Shown: in pieces, positions 19,330 to 29,442 of the stretch
Position numbering within the stretch: position 1 is the first letter of the stretch
Layout of the letters: each line of letters begins with the position of its first letter
Assembly: GCF_000829235.1 (NCBI RefSeq)
Contig: NZ_AP012549.1
Coordinates: 420,001 to 452,000 of the forward strand
Source: a cyanobacterium endosymbiont of Epithemia turgida isolate EtSB Lake Yunoko
GTDB lineage: Bacteria; Cyanobacteriota; Cyanobacteriia; Cyanobacteriales; Microcystaceae
Reading direction: 5' to 3'
Length of the DNA stretch: 32,000 bases
Notes under the pieces: model-generated
The model's database searches: none
The model's input: the letters and a program-made list of their open reading frames with translations, nothing else
What the model was told of the DNA's origin: nothing
Made by a program: the position numbers and the translations under genes

Positions 19330-19373
19330 AAAAACCTCTAATTTAGATAAACAACTCTAAATTAGAGGTTTTT
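19330..19373. terminator. Orphan bidirectional-terminator-like hairpin (A5-stem-T5; 18-bp perfect stem, 8-nt loop)
   Basis: AAAAACCTCTAATTTAGA (19330-19347) is the exact reverse complement of TCTAAATTAGAGGTTTTT (19356-19373). It is 2 kb downstream of wecB and 260 bp upstream of lptA, with no intact gene adjacent. Confidence 0.5.
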
Positions 19374-19634
19374 GCCTTATGAAGTCTTCAACATTCCTAT
19401 TGCTTCCTAACTTAAAACAGTTATAGCTGTTTTGCAACCTAGTATAGATATACAGCTATTAGATATTTTCGTTTTAGAAGGGGTGCCCAAAACAAAGATA
19501 TTTAAATAAAATAGAGCGCGATGGGATATCCAATGATTACAGTCCGCCTAATGTTTTTACAACTTCCGAACCAACTCGTTGTTTTTATCCCTATAATCGA
19601 ATCAATAATCTTGGACCACTAGACTAGAAGAGCA

Positions 19635-20144
19635 ATGTTATCCGTTCCGGTATTAACGCCCAAATATTCCTTAAAAGTTCTAGAGAGTGTTCTCGCCCTA
19701 ATAATAGGAATCTTGACCATTAAAGGGACATCCCTAAACGCGATTGCCCAAACACCATCCTCCAACAGTCCCTTGACCGTTCGCGCTGATATTCAAGAAG
19801 CCAACTCAGAAACGGGCGTTGTCACCGCTAGGGGTAATGTGCAAATTTTTTATCCTGCCCGCCAAATTCAAGGCACTGCCGCCCAAGCACAATATTTTAG
19901 TCGAGAACGTCGTCTGGTTTTAACAGGTAACGTTTACGTCTTACAAGAAGGCAATAGTATGCGGGCAGAAATCATGACTTATCTCATCGACGAAGGACGA
20001 TTTATTGCCACGCCAGAATCTAGCGAGCAAGTTGAATCTATCTATCTTGTCACTGAAAATGAAGAAAGTCCTCCCGCCCCTGCATCCGTAGCTCCTGCTC
20101 CTCCTTTAAACTCAACTCCTTTACCCCTACTCTTAAATCCCTGA
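19635..20144 (+). CDS. lptA: LptA/OstA-family periplasmic LPS-transport protein with Pro-rich C-terminal tail
   Basis: 169-aa ORF with an N-terminal hydrophobic signal/anchor. An OstA-like fold pattern follows (LTVRADIQEANSETGVVTARGNVQIFYPARQIQGTAAQAQYFSRERRLVLTGNVYVLQEGNSMRAEIMTY). It sits immediately upstream of lptB, as in lptA-lptB operons. The tail is ESPPAPASVAPAPPLNSTPLPLLLNP. Confidence 0.7.
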   Translation: MLSVPVLTPKYSLKVLESVLALIIGILTIKGTSLNAIAQTPSSNSPLTVRADIQEANSETGVVTARGNVQIFYPARQIQGTAAQAQYFSRERRLVLTGNVYVLQEGNSMRAEIMTYLIDEGRFIATPESSEQVESIYLVTENEESPPAPASVAPAPPLNSTPLPLLLNP

Positions 20145-20223
20145 TCGGCAATTCATATAGTTGCAATTTTTGATAAGGTGTCTTTTTGAATTTTATAAAT
20201 TAGCGACTTCTGAGTTTAATATA

Positions 20224-20952
20224 ATGACACTCGTTTTAGATAACATTCATAAATCCTACGGAAAACGCTTTGTCGTTAATCGAGTTAACTTACAAGTAGC
20301 CCCTGGAGAAATTGTGGGACTCCTCGGTCCTAATGGAGCGGGAAAAACTACTACCTTTTATATTGCGACAGGGTTAATTAAACCCAATACAGGTAAAGTG
20401 TGGCTTCATCAACAAGATGTTACTACTTTGTCTCTCAATAAAAGAGCGCAGTTAGGAATCGGTTATATGACCCAACAAGCTAGTATTTTCCGCCATTTGA
20501 GTGTTCGCGAAAATATTCACTTAGCTCTAGAACAAACTAAAGTTCCTTTTCGCCAACGGGCAAACCGTCTGCATCAACTTATAGAAGAATTTCGTCTAGA
20601 AAAAATTGCCAATACCCAAGGCTCTCAAGTTTCTGGGGGAGAACGACGGCGCACAGAACTCGCTAGATCCTTAGCAGTAGGACTCAATGGACCAGAATTT
20701 CTGTTATTAGATGAACCTTTTGCTGGGGTTGACCCGATCGCAGTTTCGGAAATTCAGACTCTAATCGCCCACTTACGTGATCGCAATATAGGTATCCTGA
20801 TTACCGACCATAATGTCCGAGAAACCCTTGCTATCACTAATCGTGCCTATATTATGCGTGACGGTCAGATTTTAGCTGCTGGTAGTGCTGAAGAACTTTA
20901 TGCTAATGATTTAGTGCGACAGTATTATTTAGGGGAAAACTTCCAGTTATAA
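20224..20952 (+). CDS. lptB: LPS export ABC transporter ATP-binding protein LptB
   Basis: Has Walker A GPNGAGKTTTF, signature VSGGERRR, Walker B LLLDEPFAGVDP and H-loop ITDHNVRETL, ending ...YLGENFQL, which is typical of LptB. I place the start at ATG 20224 (MTLVLDNIHKSYGKR). The track's TTG at 20161 adds 21 non-conserved residues. Confidence 0.9.
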   Translation: MTLVLDNIHKSYGKRFVVNRVNLQVAPGEIVGLLGPNGAGKTTTFYIATGLIKPNTGKVWLHQQDVTTLSLNKRAQLGIGYMTQQASIFRHLSVRENIHLALEQTKVPFRQRANRLHQLIEEFRLEKIANTQGSQVSGGERRRTELARSLAVGLNGPEFLLLDEPFAGVDPIAVSEIQTLIAHLRDRNIGILITDHNVRETLAITNRAYIMRDGQILAAGSAEELYANDLVRQYYLGENFQL

Positions 20953-20964
20953 CGAAAAATAACC

Positions 20965-22143
20965 ATGAACATGGGGCAATTTAAATTTAAAAAAGTTAAT
21001 TTGGAACTTCCTAGCTTATCCATTATGGATCGCTATCTTTTTATGGAGATTTTATTACCTTTTCTCTTTGGAATGGGGATTTTCACCTCATTAGGCATTG
21101 CGATCGGAACTTTATTTGATCTAGTGCGCCGTGTCACAGAATCGGGTTTATTACTTACTGTAGCCCTAAAAATCCTGGCATTGAAAATGCCTGGGTTCGT
21201 TGTTTTGGCTTTTCCAATGGCCATGTTATTGGCAGCTTTAATGGCTTATAGTCGTCTATCGAGCGATAGTGAATTAATTGCCATGAGAAGTTTAGGGGTC
21301 AGTATTTATCGCTTAGTAATTCCTTCCGTGTTATTTAGCTTAATAGTGACAGTATGTGCCTTTATAGTGAATGATTGGATTGCCCCAGCAGCCACTCACG
21401 AAGCGGCTGTTACCCTAGAAAAGGCTATTAACCAAGAACGTCCCAATTTTACAGAACGAAATATTGTTTATCCCGAATACCGTACCCTTCAACAGGAAGA
21501 TGGAAAAGAAGCAACTATTTTAAGCCGTCTATTCTATGCGGAAGAATTTAATGGGAAACAAATGCGGGGATTGACGATCCTTGATCGTACCCAAGAAGGG
21601 GTAAACCAAATTGTCACATCTCAGTCGGCAACATGGAATATTTTAACTAATACCTGGGATTTTTTTAACGGAACAATTTACTTAATTGCCCCTGATGGTT
21701 CCTATCGTAATATTGTCCGGTTTCAACATCAACAATTAGCTTTACCCCGCGCTCCTTTAGATTTAGCAAATAGTCGTCAAAACTTTACTGAAATGAGTAT
21801 TCGTGAGACTCAAGAATATTTAGAAGTTATGAAACTTAGTGGTAATGAAAAACGGGTTCGTAAGGTACAAGTTCGCATACAAGAAAAGTATGCTCTTCCG
21901 TTTGTTTGCGTAGTGTTTGGGTTAGTGGGAGCAGCGATAGGAGTTAGACCGCAAAATACCAATCGAGCCACTAGTTTTGGAATTTGTGTTGGGTTGATTT
22001 TTGGCTATTATCTTCTTGCTTTCGTTACTAGTTCTTTAGGAATTTGGGGAATTTTTACTCCGTTTTTAGCAGCTTGGGCTCCTAATATTTTAGGATTGAG
22101 TGCCGGAGGATTATTACTAGTACAATCAGCCAGTCTAAGATAG
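20965..22143 (+). CDS. LptF/LptG-family (YjgP/YjgQ) LPS export permease
   Basis: 392-aa ORF starting 12 nt after lptB. It has an MDRYLFMEILLPFLFG N-terminal motif, 3+3 TM helices around a periplasmic beta-jellyroll-sized insert, and a C-terminal hydrophobic block. The true start may be the ATG at 21025 (MDRYLF). Confidence 0.85.
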   Translation: MNMGQFKFKKVNLELPSLSIMDRYLFMEILLPFLFGMGIFTSLGIAIGTLFDLVRRVTESGLLLTVALKILALKMPGFVVLAFPMAMLLAALMAYSRLSSDSELIAMRSLGVSIYRLVIPSVLFSLIVTVCAFIVNDWIAPAATHEAAVTLEKAINQERPNFTERNIVYPEYRTLQQEDGKEATILSRLFYAEEFNGKQMRGLTILDRTQEGVNQIVTSQSATWNILTNTWDFFNGTIYLIAPDGSYRNIVRFQHQQLALPRAPLDLANSRQNFTEMSIRETQEYLEVMKLSGNEKRVRKVQVRIQEKYALPFVCVVFGLVGAAIGVRPQNTNRATSFGICVGLIFGYYLLAFVTSSLGIWGIFTPFLAAWAPNILGLSAGGLLLVQSASLR

Positions 22144-22525
22144 TAAAAATAGAAAAAAATATGATATTTAATATCCTTATTCAAGGAAAAGTTATTGAAA
22201 TCCCAAGAGTTACTTTCCCTTTAGAAGAAAGTATGACTTCTAGAAAATAATTGCGGATCACATCATGAAAAAAAAAGAAAATGTTTGCTAATTCACTTTC
22301 TATAATTAGACTAAGTACAAAAATTATGGGTATTGACATTAGATTATGAGTCTTTATATAATAAGTTTGTTTTTAACAAATTAATAAATTAAACATTTAA
22401 CTTATTATTGTTATTAAGACTTATTAAAATTTTCATTAGTGGTGGCAATCCTATTTAACTTAATTTTATTTATTTACTTAAACAGGTTTAAAATAATAGC
22501 TCAAAGGTAAAGATTTTATTTGTGA

Positions 22526-23503
22526 TTAAATACTGTTAGTTTGAAAAATATTACCAATGATTTCTTCTATGGAAGGGTCAGTTACATTAAGATCAATGAC
22601 TTCCAATTGATCTAGAATATGAGTAATCATAGTGATTAAATTTTCTTGTTTAACTAAAAACCTAACTACTTGTCTATCAACGGTTTCAACATTCCCATAA
22701 CTAGCTAATTGATCAGTTGAAATAGAGTGAGCTAATTCTACATTTACCTGTCGATAAGGGGAAAATCTAGAGAAAATTTTCTCTAAATCTCCGTCATAGA
22801 TTAATTGTCCTTGATGAATCAATAAAACCCGTTTGCATAAAGCTGTAATATCAGCCATATAATGACTGATTAACAGAATTGTTGCTTGATACTGCTGATT
22901 ATAATCCCGTAAAAATTTCCTAATCGCAGCTTGAGCATTAACATCTAATCCTAAAGTCGGTTCATCTAAAAATAATATTTGGGGATAATGTAAAAGAGCG
23001 GCTAATAATTCAGCTTTCATCCGTTCTCCTAAAGATAGTTTACGGACTGGCTGGGTTAGTTTATCTTCAATTGATAACATTTGAGATAATTCTTGTAGTC
23101 GTTGTTTAAAGATTTTATCTGGAATTTTATAGACTGCTCCGTTAATCCTTAATGAATCTAATGTTGGTAAATCCCATAATAATTGCTGTTTTTGTCCCAT
23201 CACTAAACTGGTTTTTTGTAGAAACTGGGGTTGGCGACGAAAGGGAAGATACCCCGCAATTCTCACCTTTCCTTCTGAAGGATGAATTAGCCCAGTAAGC
23301 ATCTTCAGGGTGGTGGTTTTCCCTGCACCATTAGCTCCAAGAAATCCAACTATTTCCCCCTGTTCAATAGTGAATGAGATATCTTTGACAGCTTCTACTT
23401 TTCGGTAAGTTCGATTGAAAAAGTGGGATAATGTTCCTCTAATTCCAGGTTTTTTAATAGGAATATAGTAGTTTTTAGCAAGATTTTCGACAATAATTGA
23501 CAT
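22526..23503 (-). CDS. ABC transporter ATP-binding protein (COG4586-like, ABC-2 type exporter ATPase)
   Basis: 325-aa ORF with Walker A GANGAGKTTTLKML, signature LSLGERMK and Walker B ILFLDEPTLGLD. The N-terminal KKPGIRGTLSHFF..R.Y..VEAV and the LVMGQKQQLLWDLP block are typical of the uncharacterised/viologen-exporter-type ATPase subfamily. Confidence 0.8.
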   Translation of the reverse strand: MSIIVENLAKNYYIPIKKPGIRGTLSHFFNRTYRKVEAVKDISFTIEQGEIVGFLGANGAGKTTTLKMLTGLIHPSEGKVRIAGYLPFRRQPQFLQKTSLVMGQKQQLLWDLPTLDSLRINGAVYKIPDKIFKQRLQELSQMLSIEDKLTQPVRKLSLGERMKAELLAALLHYPQILFLDEPTLGLDVNAQAAIRKFLRDYNQQYQATILLISHYMADITALCKRVLLIHQGQLIYDGDLEKIFSRFSPYRQVNVELAHSISTDQLASYGNVETVDRQVVRFLVKQENLITMITHILDQLEVIDLNVTDPSIEEIIGNIFQTNSI

Positions 23504-23532
23504 TATGATTACAATTGATAATTGTTAAACTT

Positions 23533-24519
23533 TTATACATATCTATGATTAACAAACCAGGTAACAGCATCTTGTAAAGCTTGTTTAACCGATGATTGGG
23601 GTAATCCTAATTCCTTGACTGCTTTGCTTCCATCGTAATACATCGGAAACTGAGACATTCGTACTTCATCTAGGACTAGGGATGGAGATCTTCCCAAAGG
23701 AGCTAACAGAGATTCTTCGATCCAAGCGATAGTTAAAGGTAGCCAAAAAGGAACAGTTTGCTGGGGAGCATTTAATCGAGTAATAGTAGCTAATTCTTCT
23801 AATAGCCTTTTAAGGCTTAAATTTTTGTGTCCTAGGAGGTAACGTTCCCCCGATTTCCCTTTTTCTAAAGCTAATAAATGACCCCAGGCTACATCTCGCA
23901 CGTCAATTACGTTTAACCCTGTGTCTACATAAGCGGGCATTTGACGGCGTAAAAATCTCAAGATGATCTTTCCCGTGGGGGTAGGTTTAATATCCCATGG
24001 TCCGATAGGGGTACTGGGATTAACAATGACTACATCTTGACCATTTTGGACAGCTTTATGAGCCTCTTGTTCAGCCCAATATTTTGATTTTTTGTAGTGA
24101 CTAACTAATTTCTCTACTGGACTTTGATAAGTTTCATTAATGATTTGACCGGACTTTCCTACTCCAATAGCGGCGACGGAACTTGTATAAACCGTGCGTT
24201 CAATTCTAGCTTGACGGGCGGCTTCTAGAATTGAACGAGTTCCCAAAACATTACTTTGATAAAGTTGGCGGCGATCTTGTTGATAGAAAGAATAGTGAGC
24301 TGCAACGTGAAAAAGTATGTGAGTTCCTCGTATTTTTGCAGCCAAGTCAGGACCATTTAGATCACCTTTTACCTGTTCAACATCTAGGTTTTTAAGGTTA
24401 TTTAAACAACTGTTGGGACGCACTAACACTCGCACTTGATAACCTTGCTCTAATAACAGCCGAACTAGGTTTGTGCCGACAAATCCAGTTCCTCCTGTAA
24501 TAAATGCTTTAATTGTCAT
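23533..24519 (-). CDS. hpnA: NAD-dependent epimerase/dehydratase, hopanoid-associated sugar epimerase (HpnA)-like
   Basis: 328-aa ORF with a Rossmann motif ITGGTGFVGTNLVRLL, YKKSK (catalytic Y-x3-K), VIVNPSTPIGPWDIKPTPTGKII, MPAYVDTGLNVIDVRDVAWGHLLALEKGKSGERYLLG. It is colinear with the HpnA/dihydroflavonol-reductase-like subfamily. A 29-bp gap to the ABC ATPase suggests co-transcription. Confidence 0.75.
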   Translation of the reverse strand: MTIKAFITGGTGFVGTNLVRLLLEQGYQVRVLVRPNSCLNNLKNLDVEQVKGDLNGPDLAAKIRGTHILFHVAAHYSFYQQDRRQLYQSNVLGTRSILEAARQARIERTVYTSSVAAIGVGKSGQIINETYQSPVEKLVSHYKKSKYWAEQEAHKAVQNGQDVVIVNPSTPIGPWDIKPTPTGKIILRFLRRQMPAYVDTGLNVIDVRDVAWGHLLALEKGKSGERYLLGHKNLSLKRLLEELATITRLNAPQQTVPFWLPLTIAWIEESLLAPLGRSPSLVLDEVRMSQFPMYYDGSKAVKELGLPQSSVKQALQDAVTWFVNHRYV

Positions 24520-25599
24520 TTATGAAGTAATTTTTTTGTAATTAAATATATGTAAATTTTAAATTGCTCAGATAAGCATAATAAACGAAAGAATTTTTAT
24601 CAACAAAACATTACATTAAGGTAAAATGTGCTAAGCAAACTCTTCCTGTTGGATATAAACTAGAGTTTTTATTATACTGTGACACATCTTTCATAAAAAA
24701 GTTTTGAGTGATTCTTCTATACTAACATCCTCTTCAATTACCTTAAAATTAATTTTTTAAATCTCCTCCTTATTGAATAATTTGACAAACTTCCTTTAGT
24801 TTTTTAATATTTAGCTAATTTTTATGTGCCTAACTTAAAAATAAATTTACATCTTTCAAGAAACATTAGGTTAGAAAGTTAAGATTATCAAAGTTTCGCT
24901 GTTTCATTTATTCTATTTTGTTGCAAAAGGTAGAAGTATATAAAGTACTTTTCGCAAAATCACCATAAATCTATCAGTGTTGACTCTTTGATATTTAACT
25001 AAACTAAAAATACTTATATAACAGCAATTAAGTGATTTAACATTTATATTTATTCTAGGATTTATTTCATAATATACTCACCAATATAATGCGAATCTAA
25101 ACCGTAATAAAATATTATTACATTCCTGATCATTATTTAAATTAAATTTACTTTGCTCATATCGTCACTAATAATATTTAAGTCCTAGCTTGGAAAATAC
25201 TACCTGAAACTAGAATTTTAGGCAATCTGCTCCTAGGAGCACTACTCCTTGTTGAAGGACTCTGCTTCCATTTTAGGAAATTGCTCTTATTTCAATCACA
25301 GTACAATTTTGGAAAACGAACTTTGAAGCTTAAAGTTACTTCTCGAATAACTTTGAGATCTGTCAACATTACAACGAGAGTATCTATTACTCGAATTGCT
25401 TATATCCTTATAAGGGATAATATTGCACAAATGTCATAGGAAATTTAACAGCTTTACTGAATGTTTGACTCTAATTAGCAGCATAAAAATTTATTTGTAC
25501 AAACATTGAAACAATAATTTTTTTCCACAATCTAGCTTATAATATTCCAATCTTTATAAGTATTAGACTAGTATTTTATAATTAAAATCATAAGTTTAT

Positions 25600-26361
25600 T
25601 CAGGCGACATTAGCCTCAATGAATATCTCAGATATTAAAAAATTTGCATTTACGCTATACACATCTTCAAGAGATTCTAGTGTATCAATTAATTTTAAAA
25701 GTAATCTGTATTGATCTGAATCATTAACTTCTACAAGAGTATTAGGAATCCATCTTAATTCCACTTCAAAAGAATTAATTTTTTTTTCTTTTAAGGTTTG
25801 AGTTAGAGGATCTAAGTTAGTAACTTCACTAAAAATTTCAGCCTTCATTTCTTCTTCAGATAATTTGTAGGTTTCCGCCCCTCCTTGGACGGAAACTTCA
25901 AGAAGAAAATCTTCACTGATTTCTCCTTCAAGAATGACAACCACTTTTTGGTCAAACATCCAACTTACACAACCTATTTCTCCTAAATTTCCTCTGTTTT
26001 TACTAAACGCTTCCCTCAGATCAGCAGCTGTGCGGTTGCGATTGTCGGTTAGGGCTTCAATGAGAATAGCCACGCCCCCTAATCCGTAGCCTTCATAGCA
26101 GATTTCTTCGTACATAGAATCGCTATTTTCATAGGTTCCTGCCCCTTTAGCAATCGCCCGTTCTATATTTTTATTAGGAATCCCAGCGGCTTTGGCTTTT
26201 TCAATTGCAGTCCTAAGTTGAAAATTAGCCGCTGGATCAGGAAGCCCATGTCTTGCTGCTATGATAATGGCACGGGATAATTGAGTAAAAGTTTTGCCTT
26301 TCTTTTTATCAACTCTTTCTTTTTGGCGTTTGATATTTGCCCACTTACTATGACCTGCCAT
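25600..26361 (-). CDS. yebC: YebC/PmpR-family DNA-binding transcriptional regulator
   Basis: The canonical N-terminus MAGHSKWANIKRQK starts at ATG 26361..26359. The 34 extra N-terminal codons in the track ORF (to 26463) are non-conserved, AT-rich read-through. Confidence 0.9.
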   Translation of the reverse strand: MAGHSKWANIKRQKERVDKKKGKTFTQLSRAIIIAARHGLPDPAANFQLRTAIEKAKAAGIPNKNIERAIAKGAGTYENSDSMYEEICYEGYGLGGVAILIEALTDNRNRTAADLREAFSKNRGNLGEIGCVSWMFDQKVVVILEGEISEDFLLEVSVQGGAETYKLSEEEMKAEIFSEVTNLDPLTQTLKEKKINSFEVELRWIPNTLVEVNDSDQYRLLLKLIDTLESLEDVYSVNANFLISEIFIEANVA

Positions 26362-27184
26362 AATTTTTTCAAAAACCCTATATATATTATATAATTTTAC
26401 TACATCCTGAACTAACTCATAAATAGTTAACTGTCTGATAGAATCATTACTTAACTTTGACAACTATAATTAGATACATTCAATTAAATTACTAGATACA
26501 GTTGATACTTATTATGAATACTAAGTAGTCTTTCTTATTTTTTAGTATTAATTATCAGTTTATTAAACTTAATAAAATATTTTAAGTATTTATATAATAA
26601 ATCTGCTTTAACTCTCCATATTTATTGATTTAATTTAGGTAATTTAAGGTAATAATAATTATTTTGAATAAAAGTTTTTATTTTTTTATGTATATATTTA
26701 TCAAATTTATTTTTTACGGTATTCAACAAATTAATAACAATTTGGGATATCTGCTAATATAAAAGTATTTTAAATTACATTAATACTCATTTTGGATAAT
26801 AGACTGTTTACAATATAGAAAAAAATGAACCAATAAGTGTACTCTAAAATAAATATTTTATTCTAAATCCTTAAACTAAAGCTGTCACCAATAAAAAAAT
26901 TATGGTATTAGGAATAATTTTAAATAGCTCTAATATAAAAATAGCCATGAAAACTGTTAATACTAATAGTAGTTAATCACCATGCAATTAAAAGATTTAT
27001 AACTTACCTTCTCTTAGTTTGCACTATTTTACAAAAAAGTTAAATTTATTTATAAAATAACTGTTAATCTAAATTAATTTAAAATTATAAAAATGGTTCA
27101 ATTTTTTTGATCAAATATCATTAATAACAATAACTTTCATATTTATTCAATATACGACCTTAATATTTTTTGATAAAAAGTTTC

Positions 27185-28489
27185 TTACATATCTCGACAG
27201 TTAAAAGACTTAGCGTGATCTCCTGAATAAGTTGCTACAATGTGAGCGTCTCCAGTCACTTGATATTTATAGGTAACTAATCCTTCTAAGCCTACCGGAC
27301 CTCTGGGAGGCATTTTTTGAGTACTAATACCGACTTCAGCCCCAAAACCGTAGCGAAACCCATCAGAAAAACGAGTTGAACAATTATGAAATACCCCGGC
27401 TGCATCTACTTGGTTTAAAAATTTTGTAGCGGAAATATTATTTTCCGTAATGATTGCATCGGTATGTTTTGAACCATAAGTGTTGATGTGAGCGATCGCG
27501 TTTTCTAGGGAAGCTTCGATTTTAATTGAGAGGATAAGATCACTATATTCTGTTTTCCAATCCTCTTCTGTAGCAGGCATTATATCGATTAATTCTTGAC
27601 AATTTTTATCTCCCCTTAATTCAACATTATTTTCTTTTAAAACTTGAGCTATCTTAGGCAAGAACTGAGGGGCAATTTCTTGGTGCACTAATAATGTTTC
27701 AATGGCATTGCAAGCTGCAGGATATTGAATTTTAGAATCTACTGTTATGGCAATTGCCTTATTTAAATCTGCCTGTTTATCAACATAAAGGTGACAAATT
27801 CCATCGGCATGACCTAAGACAGGAATATTAGTATTTTGTTGAATATAACTAACAAAATTATTAGATCCTCTAGGGATAATTAAATCAACATCCTTTTCTA
27901 ACGCTAATAATTCTTTAATTTCTTCACGGGTAGTTAGTAATTTAATACTATCGCGATCAACGCTAGTTTTTACAAGTGCGTCTTGGATAACTTTGAATAG
28001 AGTTTGACAGGAATTAATTGCTTCTTTTCCTCCTTTAAGAATTACCCCATTACCAGATTTTATGGCTAAGCTAGTAATTTGAATTAAGGCTTCAGGTCTG
28101 GCTTCAAAAATAACTCCTAACACTCCCAATGGGCAGGTTTTTCTCTTTAATATTAACCCCTCATCCAACTCTCGATGGATTTGAATTATCCCTACAGGAT
28201 CGGGCAATATTCCAATATTTCTTACCCCCTTAATCGTAGCTTTTAATTTGGTCTCGCTAAGTTTTAAACGGTTATATAAAGGTTGAGAAAGTCCTTCCCT
28301 TTTAGCGGTTTGACAGTCAGATTGGTTCGACGTAATAATTTCAGGAATTTTGTCTTCCAAGGCCTGCGCGATGGCTTCAATTGCATTATTGCGCTCGTCT
28401 ATAGATAGTAATCCTAACTGACGTGCAGCTTCACGGGTTTTCTTGGCAATTTTTACTAAAGATAAAGCTGTGACTGAAGTTGAAAGCAT
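27185..28489 (-). CDS. proA: gamma-glutamyl phosphate reductase
   Basis: 434-aa ORF of the aldehyde-dehydrogenase-like ProA family: [81 protein letters not shown]. Contains a HIP1 octamer at 27491-27498. Confidence 0.93.
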   Translation of the reverse strand: MLSTSVTALSLVKIAKKTREAARQLGLLSIDERNNAIEAIAQALEDKIPEIITSNQSDCQTAKREGLSQPLYNRLKLSETKLKATIKGVRNIGILPDPVGIIQIHRELDEGLILKRKTCPLGVLGVIFEARPEALIQITSLAIKSGNGVILKGGKEAINSCQTLFKVIQDALVKTSVDRDSIKLLTTREEIKELLALEKDVDLIIPRGSNNFVSYIQQNTNIPVLGHADGICHLYVDKQADLNKAIAITVDSKIQYPAACNAIETLLVHQEIAPQFLPKIAQVLKENNVELRGDKNCQELIDIMPATEEDWKTEYSDLILSIKIEASLENAIAHINTYGSKHTDAIITENNISATKFLNQVDAAGVFHNCSTRFSDGFRYGFGAEVGISTQKMPPRGPVGLEGLVTYKYQVTGDAHIVATYSGDHAKSFNCRDM

Positions 28490-28928
28490 AAAAATTTTTA
28501 AATTAACGTTTCTTTCGATATACTATCATATCTAAAAACCTAAAAATCTTACTATTCTAAACTTATATCTTTAATGGGTTTTTATATTTCTAGAAATAAA
28601 GCAGAAAAAAATATTGAAGAGTATAGATGTAGACTGAAAATATTAATATGTTTACATAAGTAAAAAAATTGATAGCTAACTTAGGAATAAAGTCTTTTAA
28701 ATTTAATATTTTAATTTTTAATCATTGTGGTTATTCTAGGCTAGCTGCAAAACACCACTATTTGATAAAGATACAAAATTATAAAACTTATTTTTATAGT
28801 TATAAAGTGTAGTATTACCGTTAAATTTCAATCACTAATATTAAAATTTTAAATAAAATGATATTAGTAATTAGATATGAATTAGCGTGAAAGATAAAGA
28901 TAGGTTAAGGGTTCAAACTATTTAGAAT

Positions 28929-28977
28929 ATATAACAGTTTTGCTATTGGTTCAAAAACAATAGCAAAACTGTTATAT
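28929..28977 (+). terminator. Orphan hairpin: 20-bp perfect stem, 9-nt loop, followed by TTTTCTT
   Basis: ATATAACAGTTTTGCTATTG (28929-28948) is the exact reverse complement of CAATAGCAAAACTGTTATAT (28958-28977). It lies in the divergent proA/speE spacer, 440 bp from the proA start, with no + strand gene upstream. Confidence 0.5.
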
Positions 28978-29442
28978 TTTTCTTGAAAATAAATTTTATT
29001 TTATAAAAAAATGATTCAGATAAAATAAAAACTGCTCGTAATATATATTATTTCTGTTATACTACTATTTATAGTGTACTATTACGTCTCTTAGTCAATA
29101 AAGTAATTTTTTCTCTTTTTGCAAAAAAGTCTTTTCTATATCAATAGATAAAAAATATTCTTCTTAAATAATAGTTATTATTATATCGACTTATACCAAT
29201 ATATAAAATACCATGTATAAACAATAAACACAAATTGTTTAGTTATACACAAAAGAGAAAATCTTCTAAGTAAGATTGGTTACTCAATAAATACATAATC
29301 TAATTTATTTTATCACTTATAAAATAAATTAGTAGAGATTTTTTTGATTAAATTTTAGAAAAAACCTTTCAAATAAATAATATTTTAACGCTATATAACA
29401 ATTTTGTGCTTTGATTAATAGCTAGACTATCTTTTAAATGAA

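Noticed and set aside
17319-19634. CRISPR array or regular tandem repeats in the long spacers
   Set aside because: I saw no periodic repeat-spacer structure here or in any other spacer. There are only isolated short palindromes and one 17-20-nt near-duplicate.
20161-20223. TTG-initiated 21-codon extension of lptB
   Set aside because: LptB homologues start close to the Walker A region (M..L....L.KSYGKR). The ATG at 20224 fits, and the extension has no conserved character.
22161-22250. 29-codon ORF MIFNILIQGKVIEIPRVTFPLEESMTSRK* resembling a ThiS N-terminus (M.I.I.NG...E.P...TL..LL)
   Set aside because: The similarity is too short and weak, there is no convincing Shine-Dalgarno sequence, and the downstream frame does not convincingly continue to a GG C-terminus. 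It may be a thiS relic but is unsupported without a search.
26362-26463. 34-codon N-terminal extension of the yebC ORF in the track
   Set aside because: YebC-family proteins begin at MAGHSKWANIKR. The extension is AT-rich and non-conserved-looking, so I placed the start at 26361.
9732-28977. Recurrent AACAGTTTT / AAAACTGTT nonamer (9732, 15365, 28933/28965, 10603, 26951 and within several CDS)
   Set aside because: It appears somewhat enriched, but it is AT-rich, also occurs inside coding regions, and has no consistent flanking context apart from the two copies of the 91-nt repeat. This could be compositional chance.
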